NCBI GenBank assembly: GCA_963785845.1
Contig: CAWAWP010000003.1
Span: 413,324 to 477,323, forward strand
Direction of reading: 5' to 3'
Length of the DNA stretch: 64,000 nucleotides
From: an uncultured Chloroflexia bacterium
GTDB lineage: Bacteria; Chloroflexota; Ktedonobacteria; Ktedonobacterales; JADMIN01
Shown: one piece after another, positions 1 to 9,510 of the stretch
Numbering within the stretch: position 1 is the stretch's first letter
Layout: each line of letters begins with the position of its first letter
Notes under the pieces: model-generated
Seen by the model: the letters and a program-made list of their open reading frames with translations, nothing else
Databases searched by the model: none
What the model was told of the DNA's origin: nothing
Made by a program: the position numbers and the translations under genes

Positions 1-1
1 G

Positions 2-115
2 GCGGCGATGCTCCGCGAGCTGGCGGGCGTGCTGGGCCTGCGCCTGGATACGAGCGGCGTGACGAGCACGCTGCCCCCAGCCGCAGAAGCGGCGAGCACG
101 GCGCAGGGGGTGTGA
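2..115 (+). CDS. 3' end of an unidentified gene entering from the left window edge
   Basis: Frame is open from the window edge to TGA at 113-115 (AAMLRELAGVLGLRLDTSGVTSTLPPAAEAASTAQGV*). No family recognised. Confidence 0.3.
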   Translation, partial: AAMLRELAGVLGLRLDTSGVTSTLPPAAEAASTAQGV

Positions 116-177
116 GCGTACCTGGCGATACAGTCTGCTCACGCCAGTAGCGAGCGCTCATATCAGGGCGAACAGCT

Positions 178-699
178 ATGGATGCAGAGAGCGAACAAGC
201 GTTAGGCACAGAGCAGCTGGTGGGCAACAACGCCATACTCCGTGGCGCGTATCGCTACCTGCTGTGGCGCACCTGGAACTCCGCCCTGCCGAACGTGCTC
301 TGGGTGCTGCTCAACCCAAGTACAGCAGATGCACACGTTGCTGATCCGACACTGCGCCGGTGCATGGCATTCAGCCGAGGTTGGGGATATGGCGGACTGG
401 AAATCGCCAACTTGTTCGCCTACCGCACCGCCTATCCCCACGAGTTGCGAGCGGCGCTCGACCCGGTTGGACGCGAAAATGATCGCTTCCTCAGCGCGGC
501 GGTGATGCGCGCACCACTGATCGTCGCCGCGTGGGGAGCGCATGGCACGCACCGAGCGCGCGACCGATTCGTGCTGGCGCTGCTCGCGCGCCACGCAACG
601 CCGCAGTGCCTGGGCACCACGAAGAACGGTAGCCCCCGGCACCCGCTCTATGTCGCGGGCGCCACGCTGTTGCAGCCATACGCACAGATGGCGTCATAG
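178..699 (+). CDS. DUF1643 domain-containing protein
   Basis: 173-aa ORF. The blocks YRYLLWRTW, LWVLLNPSTAD, DPTLRRC, EIANLFAYR, AAWG and KNGSPRHPLY match my memory of the DUF1643 family. Confidence 0.75.
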   Translation: MDAESEQALGTEQLVGNNAILRGAYRYLLWRTWNSALPNVLWVLLNPSTADAHVADPTLRRCMAFSRGWGYGGLEIANLFAYRTAYPHELRAALDPVGRENDRFLSAAVMRAPLIVAAWGAHGTHRARDRFVLALLARHATPQCLGTTKNGSPRHPLYVAGATLLQPYAQMAS

Positions 700-754
700 C
701 GCGGACCGTGGTGAGGCGATCGACCGGCTCGTGTGCGGGCGTGTGGCTGGGCGC

Positions 755-1066
755 TTAGAACTCGGCGGAGGTAAGATCGGGGCTGCGCCGCGTCAAGCCA
801 ACGAAGAAGTTGACGAGGAGCGCCGCGCCGAAGACGCCCATCGAGCAGGCGAAGAAGCTGCCGAGAGTGTAGGAGAGGCCGTCGATGCTCGGATGCGTAT
901 TCTGGACATAGAGGTAGATCGCGGCGGCAACGACGAGATCGCCCACGATGCCGGCGGGGATGGCGAGCAGGCGCGCACGTGGGCCGGTCATGATCGTCGC
1001 GACGAAGAGTCCGCCAGGGAGCGCGAAGATGGCGGCAATGATCAACAGGACGAGATTCGTATCCAT
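755..1066 (-). CDS. small integral membrane protein (about 3 TM), unknown function
   Basis: ORF 755..1144 trimmed to the internal ATG (MDTNLVLLIIAAIFALPGGLF...). Three hydrophobic helices. No family recognised. Confidence 0.5.
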   Translation of the reverse strand: MDTNLVLLIIAAIFALPGGLFVATIMTGPRARLLAIPAGIVGDLVVAAAIYLYVQNTHPSIDGLSYTLGSFFACSMGVFGAALLVNFFVGLTRRSPDLTSAEF

Positions 1067-1368
1067 GGTGGGGCGAACCTTTCGAGCGAAATGCTGGTGA
1101 TGCTCCGCGGGAGTACGCGGCTCGCTGGGCGATACGCGCAACATGATCGCCCTCTATTGTACTCGGCCCATCGCGGCTGTGCTACCCTCGGCATGACTTG
1201 TTGCGGTTTTTTTGAGCGTGGCATAGGCGTTGCAGGACGGGGTGTGGTGACGCCTCGGCGCGTACCCTCTCTGCGCGGGTGTGTGGCGGCCAGCGCGCGC
1301 GATGCGTCTTGAATTGCGGATCACTGCGCGTGGTTGCCACCATGCGCGAGCGCGTTTAGCTGCGAGGG

Positions 1369-2241
1369 ATGCGGATCAGTGGTATGGGGCGGCGCGGGGT
1401 GGAGGCGATGGTGGCGATGTATACTGATTTCTCGGGATTGACCGCGGGAAGGATGCGATCCGTGCGGCGTGTGCTGCGATTGGGCGCCAAAATACGCGGT
1501 GAAGACGTGACGAGCGTGGCTGCGCGCTATCGCGGGGTCGGCGGCCCCGCCGGCAAGCTCGTCGGCGTCCGGCTACTCCCCGCGAGCGGCGAGGTCTGGC
1601 TGCGGCTAGAGCGGCGACGGCCAGGGTCGCGCATGCCGTGGAAGCATCAAATTTGGACGCTGGCGCTCAACGCGAAGCAGGCGCCGACCCCTACTCCCGA
1701 CGCCATCGAGCTCTTGCCTGATATGCGCGTCTCGTGCCACGACGGCTATATCGGTCGACTCGAAGGCATCACCATCGACGCTGGGGCGGGGCTGGCGATG
1801 GAGTTGCTGGTGCACGTGCGCAACGATGTGCTGGCGGATGTGGACCTGCCTACCAGTCCCCTCGCGCCGTTGCTGTCTTCGGCGGGCAAGCATCTCTTGC
1901 TGGCGCCGCGTATGGCGACGGCGACCAAGCGCGTACAGAGTGCCTTGCCGTTCTTCGGCCCCGATCTGGCGCTGCATCTCGATGCGAGCGTCGAGCAGAT
2001 CGCGTCGGGTAGCATACTGCGGCGCGACGAGGACATCGCCGCGGACATCTACGCCATGCTCGACGCTAATCGCGCCTTCGATCCGTACACGGCGGGCATT
2101 AGCGTGAGTGTGGTGGACGGCGATGTGGTGCTGACGGGGCGTGTGCCCGCGGCGCGGCTGCGGGCCTCCATCGAGCAGGACGTCTGGCACGTGCCGGGTG
2201 TCTTCGCCGTCCACAACGAACTGCGCGTGAACGGGCGCTAG
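1369..2241 (+). CDS. BON domain-containing protein
   Basis: The C-terminal ~65 aa (DIAADIYAMLDANRAF..ISVSVVDGDVVLTGRVP..VWHVPGVFAVHNELRV) are a typical BON domain. The start codon is uncertain. Confidence 0.6.
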   Translation: MRISGMGRRGVEAMVAMYTDFSGLTAGRMRSVRRVLRLGAKIRGEDVTSVAARYRGVGGPAGKLVGVRLLPASGEVWLRLERRRPGSRMPWKHQIWTLALNAKQAPTPTPDAIELLPDMRVSCHDGYIGRLEGITIDAGAGLAMELLVHVRNDVLADVDLPTSPLAPLLSSAGKHLLLAPRMATATKRVQSALPFFGPDLALHLDASVEQIASGSILRRDEDIAADIYAMLDANRAFDPYTAGISVSVVDGDVVLTGRVPAARLRASIEQDVWHVPGVFAVHNELRVNGR

Positions 2242-2362
2242 CCACTGCCGAGACGGATGATCCGCCGCCAGTTCCCCGGTTCAAGATGTGCCCTAGTATT
2301 CCCTGATATTCCCTCTTGACCCCGATAGGATTTGCGGGTACTATTCACATACCGACTGGCAT

Positions 2363-2372
2363 GTATATATAC
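2363..2372. promoter_or_regulatory. AT-rich perfect palindrome GTATATATAC upstream of the TetR gene (possible -10 element or operator)
   Basis: A 10-nt perfect palindrome in a locally AT-rich patch about 35 nt upstream of the TetR start. Function is inferred from position only. Confidence 0.25.
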
Positions 2373-2405
2373 TTACGAGTATCCACGAGGAATATGAGGT
2401 CCGCA

Positions 2406-3023
2406 ATGCCCAGGCCGAAACAAGCCGATCCGTTGGCGCGTCGCCAGATCTTGGCGGCGGCGCTCACCGTCTTCAGTCGCACGGGATACGCGGGAACCAC
2501 GCTCGACGACATCACCGCCGAGGCTAACCTCAGCAAGGGCGCCATCTACTGGTATTTCGACAATAAGGCCGACCTCTTCGCCACATTGCTCGGCGAGCGG
2601 GCCAGCATCTTCTCTGAGTTGCTGGAGGACGCCGCCAAGCGCGCATCGAGTCCGTTGGGTGGCCTGGAGGCGATGTGGCAACGGTGGATGCAGGCGCTGG
2701 AGGATGATCCCGGCTACCAGGCGTATGCCCGCCTCGCGCACCTGCGGGTGGAGGTCGCCGACGAGCCCGCAAAGAGCATGGAGGCGCGGCGCACCGAAGA
2801 GCGGCGGGCGCAGGCGTTGGTGACGGAGTGGCTGCTCTCGGCCATCGCGGCGCGCGAATTGCCGTCGGGCCTCGACGTCGAGGCGGCGGCGCTGGCTTTT
2901 GTGGGCATCGGGAGTGGATTGGTGCGCGCCTGGCTCCTGGTGCCCGAGACGTTTTCGCCGCGTGGCATCGCACCGCGCATCTGGCGCATGCTGGTGGCGG
3001 GTTGGAGAGGGGCGCAGGCATGA
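2406..3023 (+). CDS. TetR/AcrR family transcriptional regulator
   Basis: N-terminal HTH block RRQILAAALTVFSRTGYAGTTLDDITAEANLSKGAIYWYFDNKADLF is canonical TetR_N. Start set at MPRPK (GAGG about 7 nt upstream). Confidence 0.85.
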   Translation: MPRPKQADPLARRQILAAALTVFSRTGYAGTTLDDITAEANLSKGAIYWYFDNKADLFATLLGERASIFSELLEDAAKRASSPLGGLEAMWQRWMQALEDDPGYQAYARLAHLRVEVADEPAKSMEARRTEERRAQALVTEWLLSAIAARELPSGLDVEAAALAFVGIGSGLVRAWLLVPETFSPRGIAPRIWRMLVAGWRGAQA

Positions 3024-3709
3024 TCGAGCGAGTTCAGGCGCACGAGCGCCGATCGACAGACCGGGAGGCCACGATGGACCAGGAGACGGCGATCGAGCTG
3101 CTGCGCGAACGCTATGCGCACGGCGGCGTGCCACTCGAAGAATTTCGCCGAGTGATGGGCAAACTGCTCGTCACCACCGATCCGGCGGAGTGCCAGGCGC
3201 TGCTCGACGAGTTGCCGCCCGCTTCGCCGGAGATCGCCGAATCGCCGGGAGCCGACGAAGGCGATAGGCCGCATAACGTCGTGCACTATGCGCCCGGCAC
3301 GGGGCGAGGCTCGTCGCGCCCGACGACGAACGCCAACGCGCATCGCATTATGGCGGTGTTCGGGTCGGTCAATCGCAGCGACGCGCTGTGGGACCTCGGC
3401 CCAGAGACGCAGGCGACGGCGCTCTTCGGCGAGGTGACGCTCGACGTGCGCATGGCGCGGATGGTCGAGGGCGAGAATATCTTGCGCGTGCAGGCGATTT
3501 TCGGCGAGGTGCGGGTGACGATCCCTGAGGGGATGGACGTGACGATCCACAGTTCGGCGCAGTTCGGCGAGGTCTCGACGCCACGCAACATCGGCGGCGA
3601 CAGTGCGCGGCGGGATCTGTCCAGAGACGTGCCCGCGCCTTTGGCTGGCCGGCGGCTGGTGATTTACGCTAACGCGACGTTTGGAGAGGTGAGCCTGCGC
3701 ACAGTGTAA
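3020..3709 (+). CDS. DUF1707/SHOCT-like plus LiaF-like C-terminal domain protein (cell-envelope stress family)
   Basis: The ATGA overlap with the TetR stop suggests translational coupling. The N-terminus ETAIELLRERYAHGGVPLEEFRRVMGKLL is SHOCT-like. The C-terminus has repeated FGEV(T/R/S) beta-strand motifs as in the LiaF C-terminal domain. Confidence 0.65.
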   Translation: MIERVQAHERRSTDREATMDQETAIELLRERYAHGGVPLEEFRRVMGKLLVTTDPAECQALLDELPPASPEIAESPGADEGDRPHNVVHYAPGTGRGSSRPTTNANAHRIMAVFGSVNRSDALWDLGPETQATALFGEVTLDVRMARMVEGENILRVQAIFGEVRVTIPEGMDVTIHSSAQFGEVSTPRNIGGDSARRDLSRDVPAPLAGRRLVIYANATFGEVSLRTV

Positions 3710-3871
3710 CGGCTTGCCACACGTGCCCCTAGCCCTTCGCAACGGCGTCGCGCGGCGTCTCGTGGCGCATGCGCTGGCTGTGAGGCGCCACACTTCGCCT
3801 CCTCGTAAGCTCCCGCGTATAATACCTCGCGGGAATGCGTGGACGGAGCCGCACCGCGTGCGGGGGGCGAG

Positions 3872-5245
3872 ATGGCGAACCTTGTCGGGCAGTCGCTTGG
3901 GCAATATCGCGTGCTGTCGCTGATCGGCCAGGGAGGCATGGCGCGCGTCTTCCAGGCATATCAGCAGTCGCTGGCGCGCTACGTGGCGATCAAGGCGATC
4001 GCGGTGAAGGTGGACGGCAAGCGAGACGAGGGATTCGTACAGCGCTTCAGCAACGAGGCGCGGCTCGTCGCGCGGATGACGCACTCGAACATCGTGCCGG
4101 TCCATGACTTCGGGGAGGACAAGGGCTGGGCGTACATCGTCATGGAGTATATCTCCGGCGGGACGGTGCGCGATCGGCTGGCGCAGGCGGAGACGCAACG
4201 CACGCGGATGGACCTGGGCACGTCGCTGGACCTGATGGCGCAGGCGGCGCTGGCCCTTGAATGCGCCCACAGCAACGGCGTGATCCACCGCGATGTTAAG
4301 CCGGCGAATATGCTGCTGCGCACGAGCGATCATCTGCTGCTCTCGGACTTCGGCATCGCGGCGATCCTCGAAGCGAACGTGGCGTTCGCCCGGAGCGGGG
4401 GCAACGCCGGTACACCGCAATACATGGCGCCAGAACAGGGCATGCCGAACGCGGTGATCGACGCGCGCACCGATATCTATGCGCTCGGCGTGGTGCTCTT
4501 CCAGTGTGTGACCGGGCGGCTGCCCTTCTTCGCCGATTCGCCGACGGCAACGGTGTTGAAGCATATGAACGAGCCGCCACCGCCGCCGGGCGCGCTGGTC
4601 GCGGGCCTGCCGCCGCGGGTGGAACGGATCATCCTGCGGGCGATGGAGAAGCATCCGAACGCGCGCTATCAGCGGGCACGCGACATGGCGGAGGAGCTGA
4701 AAGAGGCGGCGGCTGAGGTGCGCCGGATGGGCCGGCCATCGGGTCCGACGGTGCGCCGCGACGGTGAGCCGCCGCCGATCGCGCCGCGGGTGCCGCTGGC
4801 ACCGCGTGGGACGCCGGGTGCGCCGGGGACGTGCTTTCGCTGCGGCGCGGCCAATGCGCCGGAGAATCGCTTCTGCACGGCCTGTGGCTACGACCTCTCG
4901 GGGACGCGTGGGCAGGTCGATCGCTTCCTCGCGCCGAATGGGCGACCTTTGCACTGCCGCCTGACGGTGCGGACTGGCCCAATGGTGGGCAACGTGTACG
5001 TCCTGCACCAGGACGTGACGACGGTCGGTCGCACGACGGAGAACGACGTGACGATCGTCGATTGGTCTGTCTCGCGGCACCACGCGCGCCTCGTCTTCCA
5101 CCAGGGCCAGTGGTTCGCAGAGGACCTGGGCAGCGCCAATGGCACGTACGTCAATGGCGAACTGGTGCGCGCACCCGTGCTGCTAACGCCGGGCTGCGAA
5201 ATGCGACTGGGCGACGACGTCTTGACCTTCGATCTGATTAGCTGA
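3872..5245 (+). CDS. Ser/Thr protein kinase with C-terminal zinc-ribbon and FHA domain
   Basis: Kinase motifs GQGGMARVF, AIK, HRDVKPANMLL, DFGIA and APE. This is followed by CFRCGAANAPENRFCTACG (zinc ribbon) and an FHA domain (TVGRTTENDVTI..VSRHHARL..DLGSANGTYVNG). Confidence 0.9.
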   Translation: MANLVGQSLGQYRVLSLIGQGGMARVFQAYQQSLARYVAIKAIAVKVDGKRDEGFVQRFSNEARLVARMTHSNIVPVHDFGEDKGWAYIVMEYISGGTVRDRLAQAETQRTRMDLGTSLDLMAQAALALECAHSNGVIHRDVKPANMLLRTSDHLLLSDFGIAAILEANVAFARSGGNAGTPQYMAPEQGMPNAVIDARTDIYALGVVLFQCVTGRLPFFADSPTATVLKHMNEPPPPPGALVAGLPPRVERIILRAMEKHPNARYQRARDMAEELKEAAAEVRRMGRPSGPTVRRDGEPPPIAPRVPLAPRGTPGAPGTCFRCGAANAPENRFCTACGYDLSGTRGQVDRFLAPNGRPLHCRLTVRTGPMVGNVYVLHQDVTTVGRTTENDVTIVDWSVSRHHARLVFHQGQWFAEDLGSANGTYVNGELVRAPVLLTPGCEMRLGDDVLTFDLIS

Positions 5246-5339
5246 GGGGCGTACCTCACCCCTGGCGCCTTCCCCTTGGGAGTCTGGGCCGCGACCGGTG
5301 CTGCTGGGCACGCAGGGAATTGCGCACCAGCGGGAGCCT

Positions 5340-6113
5340 TCACGCCGCCGCGAAGGGGAGGCTGAGGCAGGTGAGGGCGGCCTCGGCTTTCTGCATCTCG
5401 GAAATGTCGAGGGTGCGAATGCTGTGGCCGCGGGCGACGAGTAGCTCTGTGGTGCGGGGAAAGCCGGTGGGGTGCAGGGTGGTGGCGCCAACGCGGAGCG
5501 TGTTGGCGGCGTAGGGCTCGTCGGCGGCGACGGGGAGCAGCTCGTAGCCGGCGAAGGGCGCGAGGTCGAGCCAGGCGGGGTTGATAAGCAGTAGGCCAGC
5601 GCCAAGGGAGGTGGCGGCGGATTTGAGGTGCAGACAGCCAGTGACGGCCACGGCGTGGACGCGGTAGCCGTACGGGGCGAGGAGATCGCGGAGCTGGGCG
5701 ATGCCCGCGGCGTTGCTGCGTCCGCCGGAGCCGACGTAGAGGTCGCGGTCGATGTGCAGGACATCGCCGCCGTCGAGTGTGGCGGGTGCGGTGATGGTGA
5801 GAAGGGGGCGATGTGGGCGCAACGCCTCGGCGACGCTGGCGACCTCAGGCCGACGGCTGGCGGCGCCGGGGCGGGTGATCACGGCGACCTCATCCAGGAG
5901 GATGGCGGCGTCTTCGACGAAGGTGGCGTCGGGTAAGTCAGGCTCGGGTGGCAGGGCGACCACTTCAATGCCGAGATCGCGGAGGCAGGCGACGTACGCG
6001 GTGTGCTGCGCCAACGCGCGCTCGGCGTCGATCGGTTCGCGTTCGAGATAGGTGAGCTCGCAGCGGGCGATGGCGGCGGTCGGCGGGCGCACGAGAGCGG
6101 TGAGGCTTGGCAT
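5340..6113 (-). CDS. dimethylarginine dimethylaminohydrolase-like (amidinotransferase superfamily) protein
   Basis: Blocks DATFVEDAAILLDEVAVITRPGAASRRPE, LDGGDVLHIDRDLYVGSGGRSN, HLKSAAT and the C-terminal TCLSL (catalytic Cys context) fit DDAH. Trimmed to an ATG; the track start is TTG. Confidence 0.75.
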   Translation of the reverse strand: MPSLTALVRPPTAAIARCELTYLEREPIDAERALAQHTAYVACLRDLGIEVVALPPEPDLPDATFVEDAAILLDEVAVITRPGAASRRPEVASVAEALRPHRPLLTITAPATLDGGDVLHIDRDLYVGSGGRSNAAGIAQLRDLLAPYGYRVHAVAVTGCLHLKSAATSLGAGLLLINPAWLDLAPFAGYELLPVAADEPYAANTLRVGATTLHPTGFPRTTELLVARGHSIRTLDISEMQKAEAALTCLSLPFAAA

Positions 6114-6145
6114 GGCGGGCTTTGTCCTTTCGCGTCGCGCTGTCG

Positions 6146-7402
6146 TCAAGGAACGAGGGTGGTGCTGGCCCCGCTCGCAAACTGCCAGATGACGCCGTTG
6201 TCTGGTCCGGCGCTATAGAGGACCGTGGCGTAGGGATTGATGGAGCCGAGGGCGATCCAGGCGCTGGCGCCCGCTGGAAGCCGGTAGAGCGCGGGTGTGT
6301 CGCCCTGGGAAAGGATCGCCAGCAGCGAGCCATCCCGGGCGATGCCAAAGATCTGCGTCCAGTAGACGAAGCTGTCCACCGGGATTGGGGCGACGGTGGC
6401 ATCGGAGCGAATCTGCCAGGTCGCGCCGCTATCGATGCTGCAGCGCAGCGCGATCTGCTCATCGGTCGGCGCGGCATCATAATCGATGCCACAGATCGTC
6501 CAATCGCCGGCGCCGGTGGGAATCGCGGCGACGAATCCCTCATTGTTCTGGCGGATCTGCGTAAAGGTCAGGCCGCCGTCGGTTGACTTCCACAGTGTTT
6601 TGCCCTGGTCGCCGCCGCTCTGCACGATGAGCGCGCCGTTCGCCGGGTTGAGCCAGAGGGTGTTGAGGTCCGCGCCGATTTTCGTGCCGAGTGGCTTCCA
6701 GGTGGTCATGCCATCGGTGCTCGACCAGAGCAGCGCCGTCTGCGGGCCGCCTTGGGGTACTTCGCGCAGCGCGTAGGTGACGCCCTGCCGCGTGGCCATC
6801 TGGAGCATGCCATAAGGCGTGGTCGCCGGTAAGAGCCGCCAGCTCGCGCCGCCGTCCCTGGTGGCGTAGTCGAGGTAGCTGGTGGGATCGGGACCGCCAG
6901 CGCCGCCGGCTTGCGGGCGAAACGCGAGCACCGCTACGGCGACGCTCGGATCGAAGCTGTCGACGACGATCTGGCATTCGTTGCGGTCTAGGGCGACGGG
7001 GACATCGGTTTGTCGGAGCCAGTGGGCGCCACGGTCGCTCGTGCGCCAGACCTGCGCGGGAACGCCCTGCGCCGTCGGGCCGGATTGATCGTCGCTGGAT
7101 GGCTGGCAGAGGTAGGCCGTGCTGCCGTCGCTCGGCGCGACAAAGGCGGGCCTTGGCGCGGGCGGCAGCATCGCGGCGGGTTGCCACGAGAGCGGCTTGC
7201 TGACGAGGGTGACGAACGTCGCGGCGGGTAGCGGCGTGACGCTCGCTACGGTGCTCGACGTTGGCGACGAGTGAACGGTCGGTACGGCCCGTGTAGAGGC
7301 GCAACCGGCCAGCAGGAGGAGCAGGAGGAGCGCAGGCATGCCGGTGCGCGCACGGTATCGGGTGGAGCGGCGGTCGGGTGTACGCAGGGGGGTGATGGTC
7401 AT
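6146..7402 (-). CDS. secreted lipoprotein with BNR/Asp-box repeats (sialidase-like or Ycf48-like beta-propeller)
   Basis: Signal peptide with lipobox LLLLLLLAGC. Five Asp-box motifs: TSDRGAHW, TRDGGASW, STDGMTTW, STDGGLTF and SIDSGATW. Confidence 0.7.
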   Translation of the reverse strand: MTITPLRTPDRRSTRYRARTGMPALLLLLLLAGCASTRAVPTVHSSPTSSTVASVTPLPAATFVTLVSKPLSWQPAAMLPPAPRPAFVAPSDGSTAYLCQPSSDDQSGPTAQGVPAQVWRTSDRGAHWLRQTDVPVALDRNECQIVVDSFDPSVAVAVLAFRPQAGGAGGPDPTSYLDYATRDGGASWRLLPATTPYGMLQMATRQGVTYALREVPQGGPQTALLWSSTDGMTTWKPLGTKIGADLNTLWLNPANGALIVQSGGDQGKTLWKSTDGGLTFTQIRQNNEGFVAAIPTGAGDWTICGIDYDAAPTDEQIALRCSIDSGATWQIRSDATVAPIPVDSFVYWTQIFGIARDGSLLAILSQGDTPALYRLPAGASAWIALGSINPYATVLYSAGPDNGVIWQFASGASTTLVP

Positions 7403-7603
7403 TCCGCGCTCCGGCGCTCTCGGATGCGATGGAACGGGCGCCTCACGCGTGGAGACGCCCGTTCTTGGGATGGGAGAGGCGCTGCAAGTGTACCAGACGC
7501 ACCGTCGCTTGCCTACCGCTGTGATCGGCGGTGTGGTCGTCGACCCTCGCGGCTGTTCCGTCTGCGACTGGGCCAGCCGCGAGCGCGCCGCGATACTTGC
7601 CGG

Positions 7604-9091
7604 CTAGACACAGCCCACCAGATCGGGGAGGCACGCGCCATCCTTCGTGGTGATCTGCACCGTTTTGATGTTGGAGAACTGCGTGAGCGTGCGCGTGAGC
7701 TGATTGCGCAGGATGGCGGCGCCGGTATCGCCGAGGCCGGCAAGGTCACGGCAGAACTGCACGGTTGCGGTTCCGGCCTCCGTCTGCGTGCGGTCCCAGT
7801 TCAGCTTGATTGTGAAGTCGGCGCCGTTGCAGGTAGAGGTCCCACTCAGCGCTCCCGCTAACTCCGAATACATCCCCTGCGCCTTCTCACTCGCCGTCGG
7901 GCCGGCGATAAGCTGGCTTATGGCGTAGGTCGCCACGCCGAGGTCGGGAGAGGTACGGTTCACGGCGAAGAGCTTGGTTGGCGCGGCGTCGGTGTCGGGG
8001 TGCTTCGCGAAGTAGACCACGATCGGATACCCCGCCTGCATAGGTTTGAGGCAGGCGTCTTGGGTGGACAGGTCACCGAAGCAATGGCCGCCTTTGTTGA
8101 CGATGGCCACGCGCACAATGTTTGAGAACTGCGTCAGGGTCGCCCTAAGTTCCGCGAGGATGCGCGCGTCGTCGCCGATGCCGCCGGAGTGGGTTGCCCG
8201 GCAGAAGCGCAGGGTCGCCGTTCCCTCCTCGGGTGTGGTGCCGCGCGCGTCCAGCGTGATGGTGAAGTCGGCCCCGTTGCAGTCCGAGGCGTCGGTTTTG
8301 TCGAGGACGTGGGTCAGGTCGGTGAAGTAGCCCGCCGCCGCCTCCGTCGCGGTCGGCCCGGCGATGAGCTGCTGCACCGCGTAGGTGGCGACACCCAGAT
8401 CGGGCGCGGTGCGCTGCACGGGGAACACGGCGTTGAAGTCGTTATCCGTCGCTGGGTGCTTCGAGAAGTAGACCTTGACCGGATAGCCCGCCGGTTGCGT
8501 GCCGTTCAAGCAGAGGTTGAGGCCGCTGAGATCGCCGAAGCAGCCACCCTGGTAGTTGAGGATGACGGCGTTCTTGATCTCGGCGAACTGCAGCAGCGTG
8601 GAGGTGAGCATCGCCGACATGCGGGGGCCGTCGAGGTCGCCGGGAATGTCGACCCGGCGGCAGAACTGGAGCGTCGCCGTTGCGGTTTCGGCCTTGCTGC
8701 CCCGGTGGTCAAGCGTCAGGTCGAAGTCGCGGAACTCGCCCGCGCAGACAGATTGCAGCGCGAGCTGGCCGTCGAAGGGTGAGTAGTAGCCCTGCGCACG
8801 CTCGTCGCCGGTCGGGCCCTTCAGCGTCTCTTGCAGGGCGAAGGTGGCGCGCGCCTGCGTCGTGGTCGCCGTGGTCGTGCGCGTGACGGGGAAGACGGCG
8901 ACGGGGTTGCTCTCTGAGTCAGGATGCTTGGCGAAATAGACGTTGACTGTTGTGCCGGTTGGTGACGCGGTGGCGCCGGGCCCCGCACTACTGCTGCCGC
9001 CGCAAGCCGTGACGAGCAGCGCTAGCAGCGTCAACGCGGCGCTGGCGAGCACGAACCCGCTGCGACCGTCACGCCGAAATGATGTTTCCAT
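7604..9091 (-). CDS. lipoprotein with three tandem GerMN-like domains
   Basis: Lipobox LLVTACGG. Three ~150-aa repeats each start (V/I)xVYF(A/S)KHP and contain GP(T)..E..GY, TLxFC, TLTQF(S/A)xI and GGxCFGDL. Start set at METSF (AGGAG upstream). Confidence 0.6.
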   Translation of the reverse strand: METSFRRDGRSGFVLASAALTLLALLVTACGGSSSAGPGATASPTGTTVNVYFAKHPDSESNPVAVFPVTRTTTATTTQARATFALQETLKGPTGDERAQGYYSPFDGQLALQSVCAGEFRDFDLTLDHRGSKAETATATLQFCRRVDIPGDLDGPRMSAMLTSTLLQFAEIKNAVILNYQGGCFGDLSGLNLCLNGTQPAGYPVKVYFSKHPATDNDFNAVFPVQRTAPDLGVATYAVQQLIAGPTATEAAAGYFTDLTHVLDKTDASDCNGADFTITLDARGTTPEEGTATLRFCRATHSGGIGDDARILAELRATLTQFSNIVRVAIVNKGGHCFGDLSTQDACLKPMQAGYPIVVYFAKHPDTDAAPTKLFAVNRTSPDLGVATYAISQLIAGPTASEKAQGMYSELAGALSGTSTCNGADFTIKLNWDRTQTEAGTATVQFCRDLAGLGDTGAAILRNQLTRTLTQFSNIKTVQITTKDGACLPDLVGCV

Positions 9092-9510
9092 GGCTTTACG
9101 CTCCTGATCAGGTGAGTCTGCCCATTCACTGGGGTAAACGCGGCGTGGCGAATCCGTGCGCTCGAAGTGTGACGGCGGCACTGTAATACAACGAAGCGTG
9201 CGATCTGGTCACAAATGTGCTGTGGCTCGTCACGGCATGGTTACAAACCTACCTGCGATGGAGTGTTCATACGCGCACGACTGGTTTGTTCTGATGCCGT
9301 GAGTTCGTGGCGCTAAGGAGAGATGTGCTTGTGAGGGGAGAATGCGCCTGCTTCTCGCGTTAGCGGAAGAGGTAGCGGCGGAGATTCTGTCTGCTACGAA
9401 TGCCCTTTGCATGGGGCGACGCTAAGAACGCTGTGCCCAATGAGTGCTCCACTATCATTCCTCGAACGAGCATCCGAAGGGAAGCGCGCACTGATGAAAG
9501 GGGGACAGAG

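Noticed and set aside
2714-5101. 795-aa minus-strand ORF
   Set aside because: It is antisense to the well-supported TetR, LiaF-like and kinase genes. It is extremely Arg/His/Pro-rich with no motifs.
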